Shown here piece after piece: positions 46,243 to 56,249 of a DNA stretch of 64,000 nt. The notes beneath the pieces were generated by a model. That model searched no databases. It saw nothing but the letters and a program-made list of their open reading frames with translations, and was not told where the DNA came from. Origin of the DNA: a virus. Position 1 is the stretch's first letter. Every line of letters starts with the position of its first letter. Location of the stretch: positions 1 to 64,000 of IMG/VR virus record IMGVR_UViG_3300039210_000318; one strand, given 5' to 3'. The position numbers and the translations under genes were made by a program.

Positions 46243-47269
46243 ACCGGCGGTGCGCCTCTACGTCGGAGGACACGCGACCAGCGTCCAGGGGGAGCGCCAA
46301 ACGCTCACCGGAGACCGCATGTTCACTGCCGCCAACCGCCCGCACGTCGTGCCCTTCTCCACCGCCGCGCTGGCCGGTATGCACGCCATCCTCGACTCGG
46401 GCGCCTTCTCCGATGCCCCCGCCGACCGCCTGACGCCGGCAGCGGCCCTGGAGCGCCAGTTAGCCTGGGAGCTGAAAGCCTCGGCGCAATGGGGCGGCGC
46501 GTGGCGCGCCGAGGTGCTCGTCACCTACGACCTGCTCATCGATGAGACCTGGTCGGGCAGGGAGCGCCGGAAGCGCCGCTGGACGGCGGCCGATGCCGAG
46601 GACGCCGTCGACGTGACCATCGCCGCCGCTGCCTACCTGGCCGGCGCGCGCGCGCGTCTGGCCCCCCGCCGCTTGCTGCTGTCCTGCCAGGGGGTCAACG
46701 CTGTACAGTACCGGCGCTGCCTGGATGGCGTCCTGGCCGTCGCCCAGCCCGTTGACTGGCTGGGTCTGGGCGGCTGGTGTGTGCTGGGACGCTTCCAGCG
46801 GCTGTTGCCGGAGTTCTGGGCGACCCTGCGCCTCTGCCTGCCGGCCGCGGCCGCAGCCGGGCTGCGCCACGTCCATATCTTCGGCGTGCTCTGGCAGCCC
46901 GCACTGGCCGGCCTCTGCTGGCTAGCCGACCAGGTGGGCATGACGGTCAGCACCGATAGCACGGCGCCGGTGCTCGCCTGCACCCGGCGAGACCCCAAGA
47001 AAGCCGGCGTGCGCGCGCCGTACTGGCGTGATAACGTCGAGCATTGGCGCGCCACCCTGGCTACCCTGCGCGACTCTCCCCTCTACCGGGAGCCGGCCCT
47101 ACCGGCGCACCAATGGAGCCTGTTCGAGGCTCCGGAAAGGAACGACCCTTGTCCTTCCCCGACACCAAGCCCTGGCAACGCTACGCGCTTGACCACCCCA
47201 TTGCCCGGGCCGACGTTGACGTTTCTCCCTACATCCACCTGGTCCCTCCCCGCCTCGTCGCCGGCCTGA
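46235..47269 (+). CDS. tRNA-guanine transglycosylase (TGT/DpdA)-like protein
   Basis: ILDSGAFSD, SCQG....QY..C, GLGG, HVHIFGV, STDST motifs. Confidence 0.7.
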   Translation: MAEPAVRLYVGGHATSVQGERQTLTGDRMFTAANRPHVVPFSTAALAGMHAILDSGAFSDAPADRLTPAAALERQLAWELKASAQWGGAWRAEVLVTYDLLIDETWSGRERRKRRWTAADAEDAVDVTIAAAAYLAGARARLAPRRLLLSCQGVNAVQYRRCLDGVLAVAQPVDWLGLGGWCVLGRFQRLLPEFWATLRLCLPAAAAAGLRHVHIFGVLWQPALAGLCWLADQVGMTVSTDSTAPVLACTRRDPKKAGVRAPYWRDNVEHWRATLATLRDSPLYREPALPAHQWSLFEAPERNDPCPSPTPSPGNATRLTTPLPGPTLTFLPTSTWSLPASSPA

Positions 47270-47283
47270 CGGTCAACTATTGA

Positions 47284-47718
47284 ATGGATGCGATGGACGG
47301 CAAGCCGGTCTGGCTTGCCTCGCTCAGTCGGCGCGACCGCGCCGGCCAGCCGCGCCCTTCCCAGGAGTGGACGCCGGAGGAACGCCGGGAAGGACTGCGA
47401 CTGATGGGACGCATGCTCGCCGGCGTCGGTGACGACACTCACGAGCGGGCCTTCCGCATGCCGCTCACCCTATGCACGCATCGGGTGCTCACCCCCTCCG
47501 AACGGGCATGGCTCCCGGTACGGACGCCGGTCCATCTGGCCGGCGGTCCCCTGGAAATCCTCTACGAGTATGGCTGCGCGGCCACGCCGTCTACTCGTCC
47601 CTGCTCCCACCCCCGGCCGCACTACCTGACCCCTGGCAGCACGAAGCACTATCTGCTGCGCGACTGCGGCGAGTGCGAGCCGTGCCTGGCCCGCAGAGCA
47701 TTGGAGTTTGCGTCATGA
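47284..47718 (+). CDS. Hypothetical protein (may start at 47149 across an in-frame TGA)
   Basis: WLASLS...ERAFRM..TLC.HR; C-terminal DCGEC.PC.AR. Confidence 0.5.
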   Translation: MDAMDGKPVWLASLSRRDRAGQPRPSQEWTPEERREGLRLMGRMLAGVGDDTHERAFRMPLTLCTHRVLTPSERAWLPVRTPVHLAGGPLEILYEYGCAATPSTRPCSHPRPHYLTPGSTKHYLLRDCGECEPCLARRALEFAS

Positions 47719-48197
47719 CCGACTATGGGACGAAGGGCCAAGCGCTGGCCCAGGCGAGCGCCGTGGCGGGACCGCCCCCCGACAAAGGGGACGGCCGCGC
47801 GGTACCGCCGCCGGCCGCCCTGCTGCGGCCGAGCGGCGACCCCTTGCAGGACGTGAAGGGCTGCGTCTACCGCCTAGCCGCGGCCCACGAGCACTACGGC
47901 GCCGGGGTGGTGACCAGCCGCCTGACCCGGCAGCGTACCGCCGAGTTCCATGAGGCCTGGGCCCGGCTCGCAGCGCATGTAGAAGGGCTGCAGCGCACGG
48001 TCCTTTCCGCGCAGAGCCGAGCGGCGGTGCTCGGCCTGGCCGCGCTGCATGCTGCAGCGTCGGTGTCGTTCCTCTGCGACACGCTCGAAGGGGACGGGGA
48101 TAGCAAAACCGAACGCATGTTGGAAATGATCGGCAGCGCGCTCTCCGACAATCTCAACGCCGACGCCGCGGCGGTAGCGGAGGAGCGGGGGCTATGA
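47715..48197 (+). CDS. Hypothetical protein
   Basis: ATGA-coupled, 160 aa. Confidence 0.5.
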   Translation: MTDYGTKGQALAQASAVAGPPPDKGDGRAVPPPAALLRPSGDPLQDVKGCVYRLAAAHEHYGAGVVTSRLTRQRTAEFHEAWARLAAHVEGLQRTVLSAQSRAAVLGLAALHAAASVSFLCDTLEGDGDSKTERMLEMIGSALSDNLNADAAAVAEERGL

Positions 48198-48415
48198 CCT
48201 ACGGCATAGTGGTCGGCGCGCGCGTTGAGCAGCGCGTCGGCCCGACGACGTACTACGGGACGGTGGTCGCCCCCGACCCGAACAGGGAGGAGAGCGTCTG
48301 GGTGCGCTGGGACGTACCGCGCGAGGCGGCGGGCATCGGCGTGCGCCGGCGCACGACCTGCCGGATGCAGGACCTGGCGCCCTTCCCCGGAACCGTCCGG
48401 CCCGATGCTGTTTGA
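48194..48415 (+). CDS. Small SH3-like hypothetical protein
   Basis: VGARV.......GTVV......VWVRWD pattern. Confidence 0.45.
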   Translation: MTYGIVVGARVEQRVGPTTYYGTVVAPDPNREESVWVRWDVPREAAGIGVRRRTTCRMQDLAPFPGTVRPDAV

Positions 48416-48713
48416 AGCCCTCTATGCCAGCGTCCAGCGCGGCGAAGTGCTGCTCATCGATGGTGGCTTCTGTCATTGGCATTTGCGCCGCGACGGCCAG
48501 GTGACGATCCGGGAGATACTCAGCACGCGCCCCGGAGCGGGCCAGGAAATGCTCGCCTGCCTGCGCCGCACGCCGGGCATGCGCTGCCTGCTGGCCCGTT
48601 GCCCGGCGGACCTGGCGTCGAACGACTGGTACCGGCGTCGGGGCTTCGTCCTGGCGGCAACCGAGACGACGGCACGCGGCAGGCTCCTCAACGTCTGGCG
48701 CTGGGAGCCGTAG
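48405..48713 (+). CDS. GNAT-like acetyltransferase
   Basis: GFCHWH.RRDG..TI.EI....PGAG..ML; ARCP.DL.SN.WY.R.GF. Confidence 0.7.
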   Translation: MLFEALYASVQRGEVLLIDGGFCHWHLRRDGQVTIREILSTRPGAGQEMLACLRRTPGMRCLLARCPADLASNDWYRRRGFVLAATETTARGRLLNVWRWEP

Positions 48714-48714
48714 G

Positions 48715-49422
48715 GTGGAACTGGTCTATTGCGCCGCGGGCAACCGGGCCCTGGCCCAGGCCGCCATCAGCGCCGGCTTCCGCTACGGCGCCTGTCTGCC
48801 GGCGACGTTCTATCCGGACGTGGCGCCGCTCTGGTTTGCCGACCAGCGCTATAAGAAGCCGGACCGCCCCGCCTACATGGCCGGCCTGGAGCGCCACCGG
48901 CCGGCCATGGCGACGGTGCTCGACCTGGAGCGCGTCGACCAGCGCGCCGAGGTCATATCCTGGGCTGAGGAAGCGGCACAGTATGTCCAGTATGTGGTGC
49001 TCATCCCAAAGCTTGATGGGCTGATAGCCGACCTACCGCGCTGCATCGGAGGAAAGCCGGTGGTGCTCGGGTATAGCGTGCCGACCTCCTATGGTGGTAC
49101 GGCGGTGCCGCTCTGGGAGTTCGCCGGTTGGCCGGTGCATCTCCTCGGCGGCTCGCCCCGGGCCCAGCAACGACTCTGGCACCACATGAGCGCGATAGCC
49201 GATGTCGTGTCGGCAGACAGCAACTATAGCCAGAAGTTGGCGATACGCCATTGCCAGACGTGGGTGCCAGGCACCGCCCACGGTGCGCGCAACCGTTGGT
49301 GGCCGACGTTGACCGAATTGGACGGAGAGCGCTGGCCAGCAGAGAACGCGCACGTCGAAGCATTCCGGCGTTCCTGCGCCACGATCATGGCGTCGTGGCG
49401 GTCGCTGGGCGCCCTTGCCTGA
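48715..49422 (+). CDS. DUF6610-like TIM-barrel protein (distantly TGT-like)
   Basis: AG..YGA, F.D.....P, ATVLD, IPK, LGYSVPT.YGG, VHLLGGSP, SADSN. Confidence 0.6.
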   Translation: MELVYCAAGNRALAQAAISAGFRYGACLPATFYPDVAPLWFADQRYKKPDRPAYMAGLERHRPAMATVLDLERVDQRAEVISWAEEAAQYVQYVVLIPKLDGLIADLPRCIGGKPVVLGYSVPTSYGGTAVPLWEFAGWPVHLLGGSPRAQQRLWHHMSAIADVVSADSNYSQKLAIRHCQTWVPGTAHGARNRWWPTLTELDGERWPAENAHVEAFRRSCATIMASWRSLGALA

Positions 49423-49696
49423 CAGCCGTAGCAGCGCCGACCGGCTGCGGCTGTAGTCTCTCCGGGAGCAGGAGCGCACCCGCCACCCCCCCCTCGCTGG
49501 CGTCCCGGTCCTCCTACGGCGCGCGCAGCCTTTGTGCGGCGGCGCTCCTGCCCCCCCCCAACCGAGAGAGGACACCAGGTGCTACTCGCCGTTTTCCTCT
49601 GCTTGCTCCTGTTCCTGGGCATCTATCTGCTTATCGGCAGCATCGCTTTACTGGCCATGCTGTTCACGTCCTGGGCCTGGGGTCTACCAGAAGCGA

Positions 49697-49724
49697 GAGT
49701 GGCATAAGTGACGTTATCCCACAC
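49697..49724. other. dif/Xer-like 28 bp recombination site
   Basis: GAGTGGCATAA-GTGACG-TTATCCCACAC: 11-6-11 architecture, arms inverted at 9/11 positions, just upstream of the recombinase. Confidence 0.6.
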
Positions 49725-49758
49725 TCCCCCAGCATGGCATAAGTCGGCCGGCGACACC

Positions 49759-50706
49759 ATGCTCACCCCCGCCGCCGACCCCCCCACGACGCCCCAGGCT
49801 GCCCCCCAGGGCAGCGCAACCCTCGCCATTTATCACCCAGGAGAGGACGGCGCGCTGGCGCGCTCTGACGCCAACCTGGGGGTGGGCGCCCCGGACGCCG
49901 CCCTGCTGAGGCTCTGGCTACACGGCCGGCCGGCGACCACGGTAGACGCCTACCGGCGCGACGTGGCCCGCTGCCTCGGATATACCGGCAAACCGCTGGG
50001 CCTGCTCACCCTGGCCGACCTCCAAGACTTTGCCGATAGCCTGGCGGGCATGGCGCCGTCCAGCCAGAGCCGTACCCTCTCCTCGGTCAAGAGCCTGCTG
50101 TCCTTCGGGCACCGGCTCGGTTTGCTGCCGGTCAACGCCGGCGCGGCGTTATTGTTACCGGCACAGAAAGACGCGCTGGCCGAACGCATTTTGGAGGAGC
50201 CGGACGTCCAGCGCATGCTGGCCCTCGAGCGGCAGCCGCGCAACCGCGCGTTGCTCGCCGTCCTCTACGCCGGTGGTCTCCGCGTGTCTGAAGCGTGCTC
50301 GCTGTGCTGGCGAGATGTCAAGAGCCGTGGTAAGGAATGCCAAATTACAGTTTTCGGAAAAGGCGGTAAAACTCGCGCGGTGCTGCTCTCGGCGGGAGTG
50401 TGGAAGCTGCTGCGCCCGCTGAAGGGCAAGGACGAGGAGCCGGTCTTCCGCAGCCGCCAGCAGGACGGACGGGCCATCGACACCGAGACAGCGCGCCGCA
50501 TCGTGCGCCTGGCAGCGCGCCGCGCCAGTATCACCCTCGACGTGTCGCCGCACTGGCTACGCCATGCCCACGCCAGCCACGCACTTGATCGAGGAGCGCC
50601 GATCCACCTGGTACAACAGACCCTTGGGCATGCGAGCCTCGGCACGACCAGCCGCTATACCCACGCGCGACCGAACGAGAGTAGCGGTAAGTACCTTGCG
50701 GTATGA
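49759..50706 (+). CDS. Tyrosine recombinase (XerC/D-like)
   Basis: LYAGGLRVSE, GKGGKTR, SPHWLRHAHASH, LGHASLGTTSRY catalytic motifs. Confidence 0.95.
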   Translation: MLTPAADPPTTPQAAPQGSATLAIYHPGEDGALARSDANLGVGAPDAALLRLWLHGRPATTVDAYRRDVARCLGYTGKPLGLLTLADLQDFADSLAGMAPSSQSRTLSSVKSLLSFGHRLGLLPVNAGAALLLPAQKDALAERILEEPDVQRMLALERQPRNRALLAVLYAGGLRVSEACSLCWRDVKSRGKECQITVFGKGGKTRAVLLSAGVWKLLRPLKGKDEEPVFRSRQQDGRAIDTETARRIVRLAARRASITLDVSPHWLRHAHASHALDRGAPIHLVQQTLGHASLGTTSRYTHARPNESSGKYLAV

Positions 50707-51099
50707 GGACATGCACCTGGTCGGATGGCAGTACCGGCTGCTCTCCGAAACCGTCGCCTGCGCCGACGACGGCCAGTCCTATATCCGGACGCGCACCTAC
50801 CCCTCGGTGGTCCTCGGTGGCCGCTACGACCGTCCCGACGTCCAGACCGCTCGCGTGCTCCATACCACGCTCGTAGCCGAGGACGTTGCAGTCCGCACCC
50901 AAAGGCCCCCCTGGCGCTGAGCCTCGCTCGCGCGGGAGCCCCCCTTCAGGTTTTGGAGAAAACGGGGGCTTTTGGCGAGGCCGGCTTTTACGGCTGGGAA
51001 ACGAGGCAAAACCTTTTCAGCCGCATGTGGCTCATTTTCACCAGAAAGTTTCACTACAGTTTGGCCTGCCCAAAAAGCCCCCCACAGCAAGCATCGCCG

Positions 51100-51315
51100 C
51101 GCTTGCTCGCTCCTCTCGCCGGACGCTCCCTCGGTCTGGCGCTCGCTCCCTCCCCTCTCGCCGGACGCTCCCTCGCTCCCTCGGCTGGACGCTTGCTCGG
51201 TCGGCGCTCGCTCCCTCGGCTCTCCGCTCGCCGCTCGCTGGCTGCTCTCCGGTAGCTCCCTCGGCTCTCCGCTCGCCGGCTCGGCTCTCGGCTGGCTCGC
51301 TGCTCTCCGCTCGCT
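51100..51315 (+). repeat. Pyrimidine-rich low-complexity repeat (CTCGCT/CTCTCC/CTCGG units)
   Basis: Repeated ctctcgccggacgctccctcg and ctcggctctccgctcgcc; almost no A. Confidence 0.7.
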
Positions 51316-51486
51316 GTCTGGCGTCCCTTGGTCGCTGGCCAGCGCGGCGTAGGGCACGCGCCGGCCATCTCGCTCCGACCGAGGACGGCAGACGCGCCGC
51401 CCCGGCGCGCCGGAAGGAGGAGCACTTTATCGGCTCGTGCTCCTGACCGCCGTCCATGGCAACCTCCTCGGAAACCCTCCCAGAAT

Positions 51487-51668
51487 CGCGCCACGTTACC
51501 CGACGCCGCCCGGTCTCCGCCACTCGGAGGCATCGTTGGGGTCAGGCGCATGCCGGAAAACGGCGCAGCCGGCCTTGGGCATCGTGGCGCGGTTGTGGGG
51601 GTTTGATCGGAGGGTGCCAGTTCTACCCGTTCGCATTTCTAACGCGGCGTGTGGGGCAACGTGGCGCG
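51487..51668 (+). repeat. ~170 bp dispersed element, copy B
   Basis: GGCATCGTTGGGGTCAGGCGC...TGCCAGTTCTACCCGTTCGC...TCTAACGCGGCGTGTGGGGCAACGT. Confidence 0.8.
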
Positions 51669-51852
51669 CCGTTTTCGCGCTCGCTCGCTCGCCTGGCCGG
51701 CGTACCGCGCGCCGGGGGAGCGAGCCGGCCAGATGGGCTACCGGCGCTGGTACTAACGGCGGCGGGCGCAAAAGGACTGGCGCATACCGCTACGCGCCGG
51801 TATCCTGCTGGTACGGGGATTTACCCGTAGCCCGCGAAGGAGACGAACCGCC

Positions 51853-52236
51853 ATGGATACTACCGGTACGACAATGTTCCTGCCCGCCGAAGACAACGAA
51901 TGCTTGCTGGCCCTTATCAACGACCGCCGCGGCCGCATCTTGGGCATGGCGTCGGACGCCACGGCGCGCCAGCGCGCCGTGGCCTTCCAGGCTACCGCCA
52001 TCGCCCAAGCGTTGCTCGCCTACGCCGCGGAATTGCGCGACCTGCCGCTCATCGGCAACGTCGCGCCGGTAAGCCCCCTTGCCGACCCCCGCGTCGGGCA
52101 AGACCTAGTGGACGCCGACGAGGACGCGCGCGCCAGCCGCCGCGCCTACAATTGGGAAACGGCCGAACTCAACAGCCTCATCGGTAGCTTGCGGTACGAT
52201 GCCGACCGGCGCGCCGAGCGAGCCGCGAGCCGGTAG
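51853..52236 (+). CDS. Cassette ORF, hypothetical
   Basis: Promoter at 51784, RBS GAAGGAG, hairpin after the stop. Confidence 0.7.
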   Translation: MDTTGTTMFLPAEDNECLLALINDRRGRILGMASDATARQRAVAFQATAIAQALLAYAAELRDLPLIGNVAPVSPLADPRVGQDLVDADEDARASRRAYNWETAELNSLIGSLRYDADRRAERAASR

Positions 52237-52444
52237 ACGCGCCGCCCCCATGCCCCCGGTACCGCGCGGTACCGGGGGCATGCTCGTTTTGGGCGATGCT
52301 GCCGCCTGGCCGGCGCGCCGGCCAGATGGGCTACCGCTCCCCCTTACCTTCGGCCACCGGGCGCAAAAGGGCTGGCGCATACTGGTACGTAGCGGTATCC
52401 TGCTGGTACGGCGTTTTGGCCGTAGCACGAGAAGGAGCCGAACC

Positions 52445-52732
52445 ATGTTTGACCAGGAATTCCTCAACGACGCGGGTACCCCGGCGCAATGCGCCACCGA
52501 CCTTGAATTCTTCCAGAACGCCAAGGCCGGCGGCTTGCTCAACAAGGGCTGGGTGCGCATCAACCGCTTCGCTTTCCGGCGCGATGCCATTCTGGTAGCT
52601 TGCATCGGCAACACCTGGTACCTCATCGCCGGTACCGCGCAGGTGCGCCTTGAGTACCGGGTGCAAATCTGGCTCTACTGCGCGCAAGCGGACCGCCTAG
52701 CAATCGAGCTTACGCCGTTCATTGGCCGGTAG
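52445..52732 (+). CDS. Cassette ORF, hypothetical
   Basis: MFDQEF...; RBS GAAGGAG. Confidence 0.7.
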   Translation: MFDQEFLNDAGTPAQCATDLEFFQNAKAGGLLNKGWVRINRFAFRRDAILVACIGNTWYLIAGTAQVRLEYRVQIWLYCAQADRLAIELTPFIGR

Positions 52733-52943
52733 CTTCATTCCCCCTTGCCCCCGGTACGCGCGTACCGGGGGCATCGCCGTTTCCGGCGCTCGCCTGGCCG
52801 GCGCGCGCGTTGGGGGAGCCGGCCAGATGGGCTACCGAGGGTGGTACCTTCGGCGGCCGGGCGCAAAAGGGCTTGCGTATGCCGGTACGTACCGGTATCT
52901 TGCCAGTACGGGGATTTACCCGTAGGAGCCGAAAGGGACACCA

Positions 52944-53372
52944 ATGAGCACAAGGCAAGAGCGCGTACTAGCATCCTACGAGAAGGCCAACAAGGCAGCG
53001 GTGCTGCGCGCCGAGGTCGAAGCCGACGCCGCGCGCCAGCGCGCCGCCAAGGAAGCCGCCAAAACCCCCGCCGAGCGTTTGGCCGACCTGCAGCAGCAGC
53101 GCAGCTACATGCTCGACTTCAACACGCAGCGCGCGGACGGCAACCGGGCAGACCTTGCCACCCAGGCCCGCCGGATGGCCGAACGCCTCACCTACTATGC
53201 CGAGCACCTGGACGTCCTCAGCGCGGCGGCCGACGAAGGCTACATGCCGGAATGCCCCGTGCTCAGCAGCGCCGTAACGAGCATGCTGCAGGACCACACC
53301 CGGCTGGCGGTAGCCCTGGAAAACGTGCGCTCGGAGCGCCACCTCCTCCGAGACCTGCAAGCGATCCTTTAG
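52944..53372 (+). CDS. Cassette ORF, hypothetical coiled-coil
   Basis: RBS GAAAGGG; hairpin after the stop. Confidence 0.7.
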   Translation: MSTRQERVLASYEKANKAAVLRAEVEADAARQRAAKEAAKTPAERLADLQQQRSYMLDFNTQRADGNRADLATQARRMAERLTYYAEHLDVLSAAADEGYMPECPVLSSAVTSMLQDHTRLAVALENVRSERHLLRDLQAIL

Positions 53373-53521
53373 GACGCCTACGGCGCGCCGCCCCCGGTAG
53401 GGTACCGGGGGCGGCGCGTACCGGTTTCTGGGCCTGCCTGGCCGTCGCGCGCGGTAGCCGGCGCTCCGGCCATCTGGGCTACGGGGGGGGTGGTACCAAT
53501 GGCCGGCGCGCGCAAAAGGGC

Positions 53522-53573
53522 TTGCGTATACCGCTACGTAGCGGTATCTTGCAGGTACGGGGATTTACCCGTA
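53522..53573 (+). promoter_or_regulatory. Representative cassette promoter with perfect 20 bp operator palindrome and 5' hairpin
   Basis: TTGCGT-N17-TATCTT; ATACCGCTACGTAGCGGTAT; TACGGGGATTTACCCGTA. Confidence 0.85.
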
Positions 53574-53592
53574 GCCCGCGAAAGGAACCGCA

Positions 53593-53985
53593 ATGTTCAG
53601 CCAGCCGACCGCCGCCGAGTACGAAGCCGCCATCGCCACGTACGAGACCCTGGGCACGGACGCCCGGAAGGCCATCCACGCCAACCTGACGAGCATCGCC
53701 AACGGCATGGTCGGTAGCCCCAAGGTCGGCGCGGCGGTAGCCCGCGCCTACGTGGACATGGTTGCCAAGCTCGCCCCGGCCGCCGCCATGGAAAACGCGC
53801 GCCGCGACGTTTGGTACTACACCTACGCGACCTGGATGTGGGTCAAGGACAGCACCCACCCCGACGAGCACAGCGCAGCGCGGCGCGCCAGCGCCATCTC
53901 CTTCATGTACCCCGGCGGCACCAAGGTAACGGCCGCGACCCCCTACGATCGGGGGACCCAAAGCACGGTAGCGGGCGAGCGGTAG
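53593..53985 (+). CDS. Cassette ORF, hypothetical
   Basis: RBS GAAAGGA; hairpin at ~54001. Confidence 0.7.
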   Translation: MFSQPTAAEYEAAIATYETLGTDARKAIHANLTSIANGMVGSPKVGAAVARAYVDMVAKLAPAAAMENARRDVWYYTYATWMWVKDSTHPDEHSAARRASAISFMYPGGTKVTAATPYDRGTQSTVAGER

Positions 53986-54376
53986 CCGCGCCACCCACGC
54001 CCCCCGGTACCGGGTACCGGGGGGCGTTTCCGTTTCCGGCGCGCCGACGGCCTGGCCTTTCCGGCGCGCCGTAGGCGCAAAGTAGCCACAACCGCGCGAC
54101 GTTGGGCCACGTCGGCGCGCCGTAGGCGAGGCTGCCAGTATCTACCGGCTGCCGTCCCCTACGGCGCGCGTCGGCAAACGTGGCGCGCCGGAACGGCCGG
54201 AAACGGCCAGCGCGCGCGGCCGCGCCGGTAGACGCCGAACGGCGCGCCGGCCATCCTGGCTACCGCAGGCTAGTACCTTCGGCACGGCGCGCGCATGGCG
54301 CTTGCAGGATACCGCTACGTACCGGTATCTTTCAGGTACGGCGCTTTGGCCGTAGGACGCGAAGGAGACGAACCGC

Positions 54377-54580
54377 ATGCAACCCGTGATCAAGTACCCC
54401 AAGGACATCAACCCCCTTGACGCCAAGGCTGGCCGGACCCGTCGCTGCGTCTGGCGCGCGTACCGCAACGACGCCGACCGCAAGCGCGCCATCGCCCAAC
54501 TCCGCAAGCGAGGGTTTAGCTACTTCGCTTGCTACACCGACGTAAAGGGCTTGGCCGTACACGCCTACCAGGAGCGGTAG
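54377..54580 (+). CDS. Cassette ORF, small basic protein
   Basis: RBS GAAGGAG; hairpin at ~54596. Confidence 0.65.
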   Translation: MQPVIKYPKDINPLDAKAGRTRRCVWRAYRNDADRKRAIAQLRKRGFSYFACYTDVKGLAVHAYQER

Positions 54581-54821
54581 CCCGAGCGATCCTAGCCCCC
54601 CGGTACCGGGTACCGGGGGGCTTTGCTGTTTCCGGCGCGGCGCCGGGGTGGCCTGGCCGGCGCGCCGGGGGCGGCGCGTGCCCTACGGCGCAGCGCCGGC
54701 CAGATGGGCTACTCCCCCCCCTTACCTTCGGCCAGCGCGCCGGAAAGGGCTTGCGTATGCCGGTACGTACCGGTATCTTGCAGGTACGGGGCTTTACCCG
54801 TAGGACGCGAAAGGAACACCA

Positions 54822-55148
54822 ATGACCGAGACCACAACCCGCGAAGCCCTACAGGACGGTACGGACCTGCTGACCGTTGACCGCGGCTTCATCGTTGACC
54901 TATTCATCGTCACCGCTGGCTCGCTGGACCGCGAGGACGTCAAGGCGACGGTACAGATCCTGGACGACATGCTCGGCGGCGAGCGCGAGATCAGAATTTC
55001 GCATTACTCCTCCTCCTCCTCGACGCACACCCCCGCGGAAGAAAGCGTCAGCAACGCCTTCTACATGGGTACCTTGCTGGTACGCGCCGTCGCCATCGCC
55101 AACGCGCGGTACGCGCAGCCCTACAACGACGGGTATGGCAACCTCTAG
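54822..55148 (+). CDS. Cassette ORF, hypothetical
   Basis: RBS GAAAGGA; hairpin at ~55167. Confidence 0.7.
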   Translation: MTETTTREALQDGTDLLTVDRGFIVDLFIVTAGSLDREDVKATVQILDDMLGGEREIRISHYSSSSSTHTPAEESVSNAFYMGTLLVRAVAIANARYAQPYNDGYGNL

Positions 55149-55239
55149 ACCGCTCGCCCCCTTCCTCCCCCCGGTACCGCGCGGTACCGGGGGGAGCCTC
55201 GTTTCAGCCCCATGCGCGCCGGCCGCGGCCGGCGCGCAG

Positions 55240-55440
55240 CCGAGCGACCTACCGGTGCGACCGGACCAGCGAGCCAGCGCCGGCCAGGCGAGCGTCCGGC
55301 GAGAGCGACCTACCGGAGAGCCAGGGAGCGACCAGCGCCAGCGACCTACCGGCGCGACCGTCCGGCCCAGCGAGCTACCAGCGGGAGCGACCGTGCATCG
55401 AGAGCGAGCTACCGGCATGCCAGGGAGCTACCGGCGCGGC
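55240..55440 (+). repeat. Degenerate tandem repeat (GAGCGACC / CTACCGG units)
   Basis: Several copies of gcgacctaccgg and gagctaccgg. Confidence 0.6.
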
Positions 55441-55562
55441 CGGCGCCGGAAAACGCGCCGCCCCCCGGCGCGCCGTACCCGGCCGTCCTCCCTCGGAAAA
55501 GGGCGTTTCGGAAATGACCGTGGTCGGTTACAACCCCCGGAAAACTACCCGGTCTTTGCGGT

Positions 55563-55734
55563 CACGTTGCCCCACACGCCGCCGACGGCCCTTTCGGGAG
55601 GCATCGTTGGGGTCAGGCGCAAGGGGGAATTGGGATGAGCCGGCCTTGGGCATCGTGGCGCGTTTCTGGGGGGGTTTCAGAAGGCTGCCAGTTCTACCCG
55701 TTCGCAAATCTAACGCGGCGTGTGGGGCATCGTC
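55563..55734 (+). repeat. ~170 bp dispersed element, copy C
   Basis: ACGTTGCCCCACACGCCGC ... GCGGCGTGTGGGGCATCGT terminal inverted repeats. Confidence 0.8.
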
Positions 55735-55886
55735 GGGGTGCGTTTTTCGCCCCCACGGCGCGCCAGATGGGGGATGCCAGGCTAGTACCAATGGCCGGCG
55801 CGCCGGAAAGGGCTGGCGCATACCGCTACGTAGCGGTATCCTGCTGGTACGGGGATTTACCCGTAGCGACCGAAGGGATACGAACG

Positions 55887-56249
55887 ATGCGCTACTTCAC
55901 CTACCTGCGCGAGACCTTGAGCGACGAAGGATATGACCTGGTGATTACCGAGCAAGGGACGTCCGAGCTTGGGGGCAAGAGCACGGCGACGACATTTGAG
56001 GTCGTACCGAGCGACCGCTTGACGCCGACCGGCCCGCACGACGACGTGCTCCGCTTCTGGCTCTACTCCTACCCCGCGCCGGGGGCTTGCGACGACCTGA
56101 CCTTCTCCGGCTCGGTATCCATGCCGGTAGCCAAGGCTGCCTTGCTGGCCGCGGCCATCACCCGAGCGAGCGAGTACGCCGCGGCGATGCGGTCGCTACC
56201 GCTCGGTAGCCGCATGGGCGCCAAGGGCTACCCGGAAAGCGCGTCCTAG
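55887..56249 (+). CDS. Cassette ORF, hypothetical
   Basis: MRYFTYL...; RBS GAAGGGA. Confidence 0.7.
   Translation: MRYFTYLRETLSDEGYDLVITEQGTSELGGKSTATTFEVVPSDRLTPTGPHDDVLRFWLYSYPAPGACDDLTFSGSVSMPVAKAALLAAAITRASEYAAAMRSLPLGSRMGAKGYPESAS

Noticed and set aside
44029-56249. Paralogy among ORFs 44029-44388, 54822-55148 and 55887-56249
   Set aside because: They share only a weak C-terminal helix pattern (A..LA..L.RA...A), too little to claim without profile alignment.
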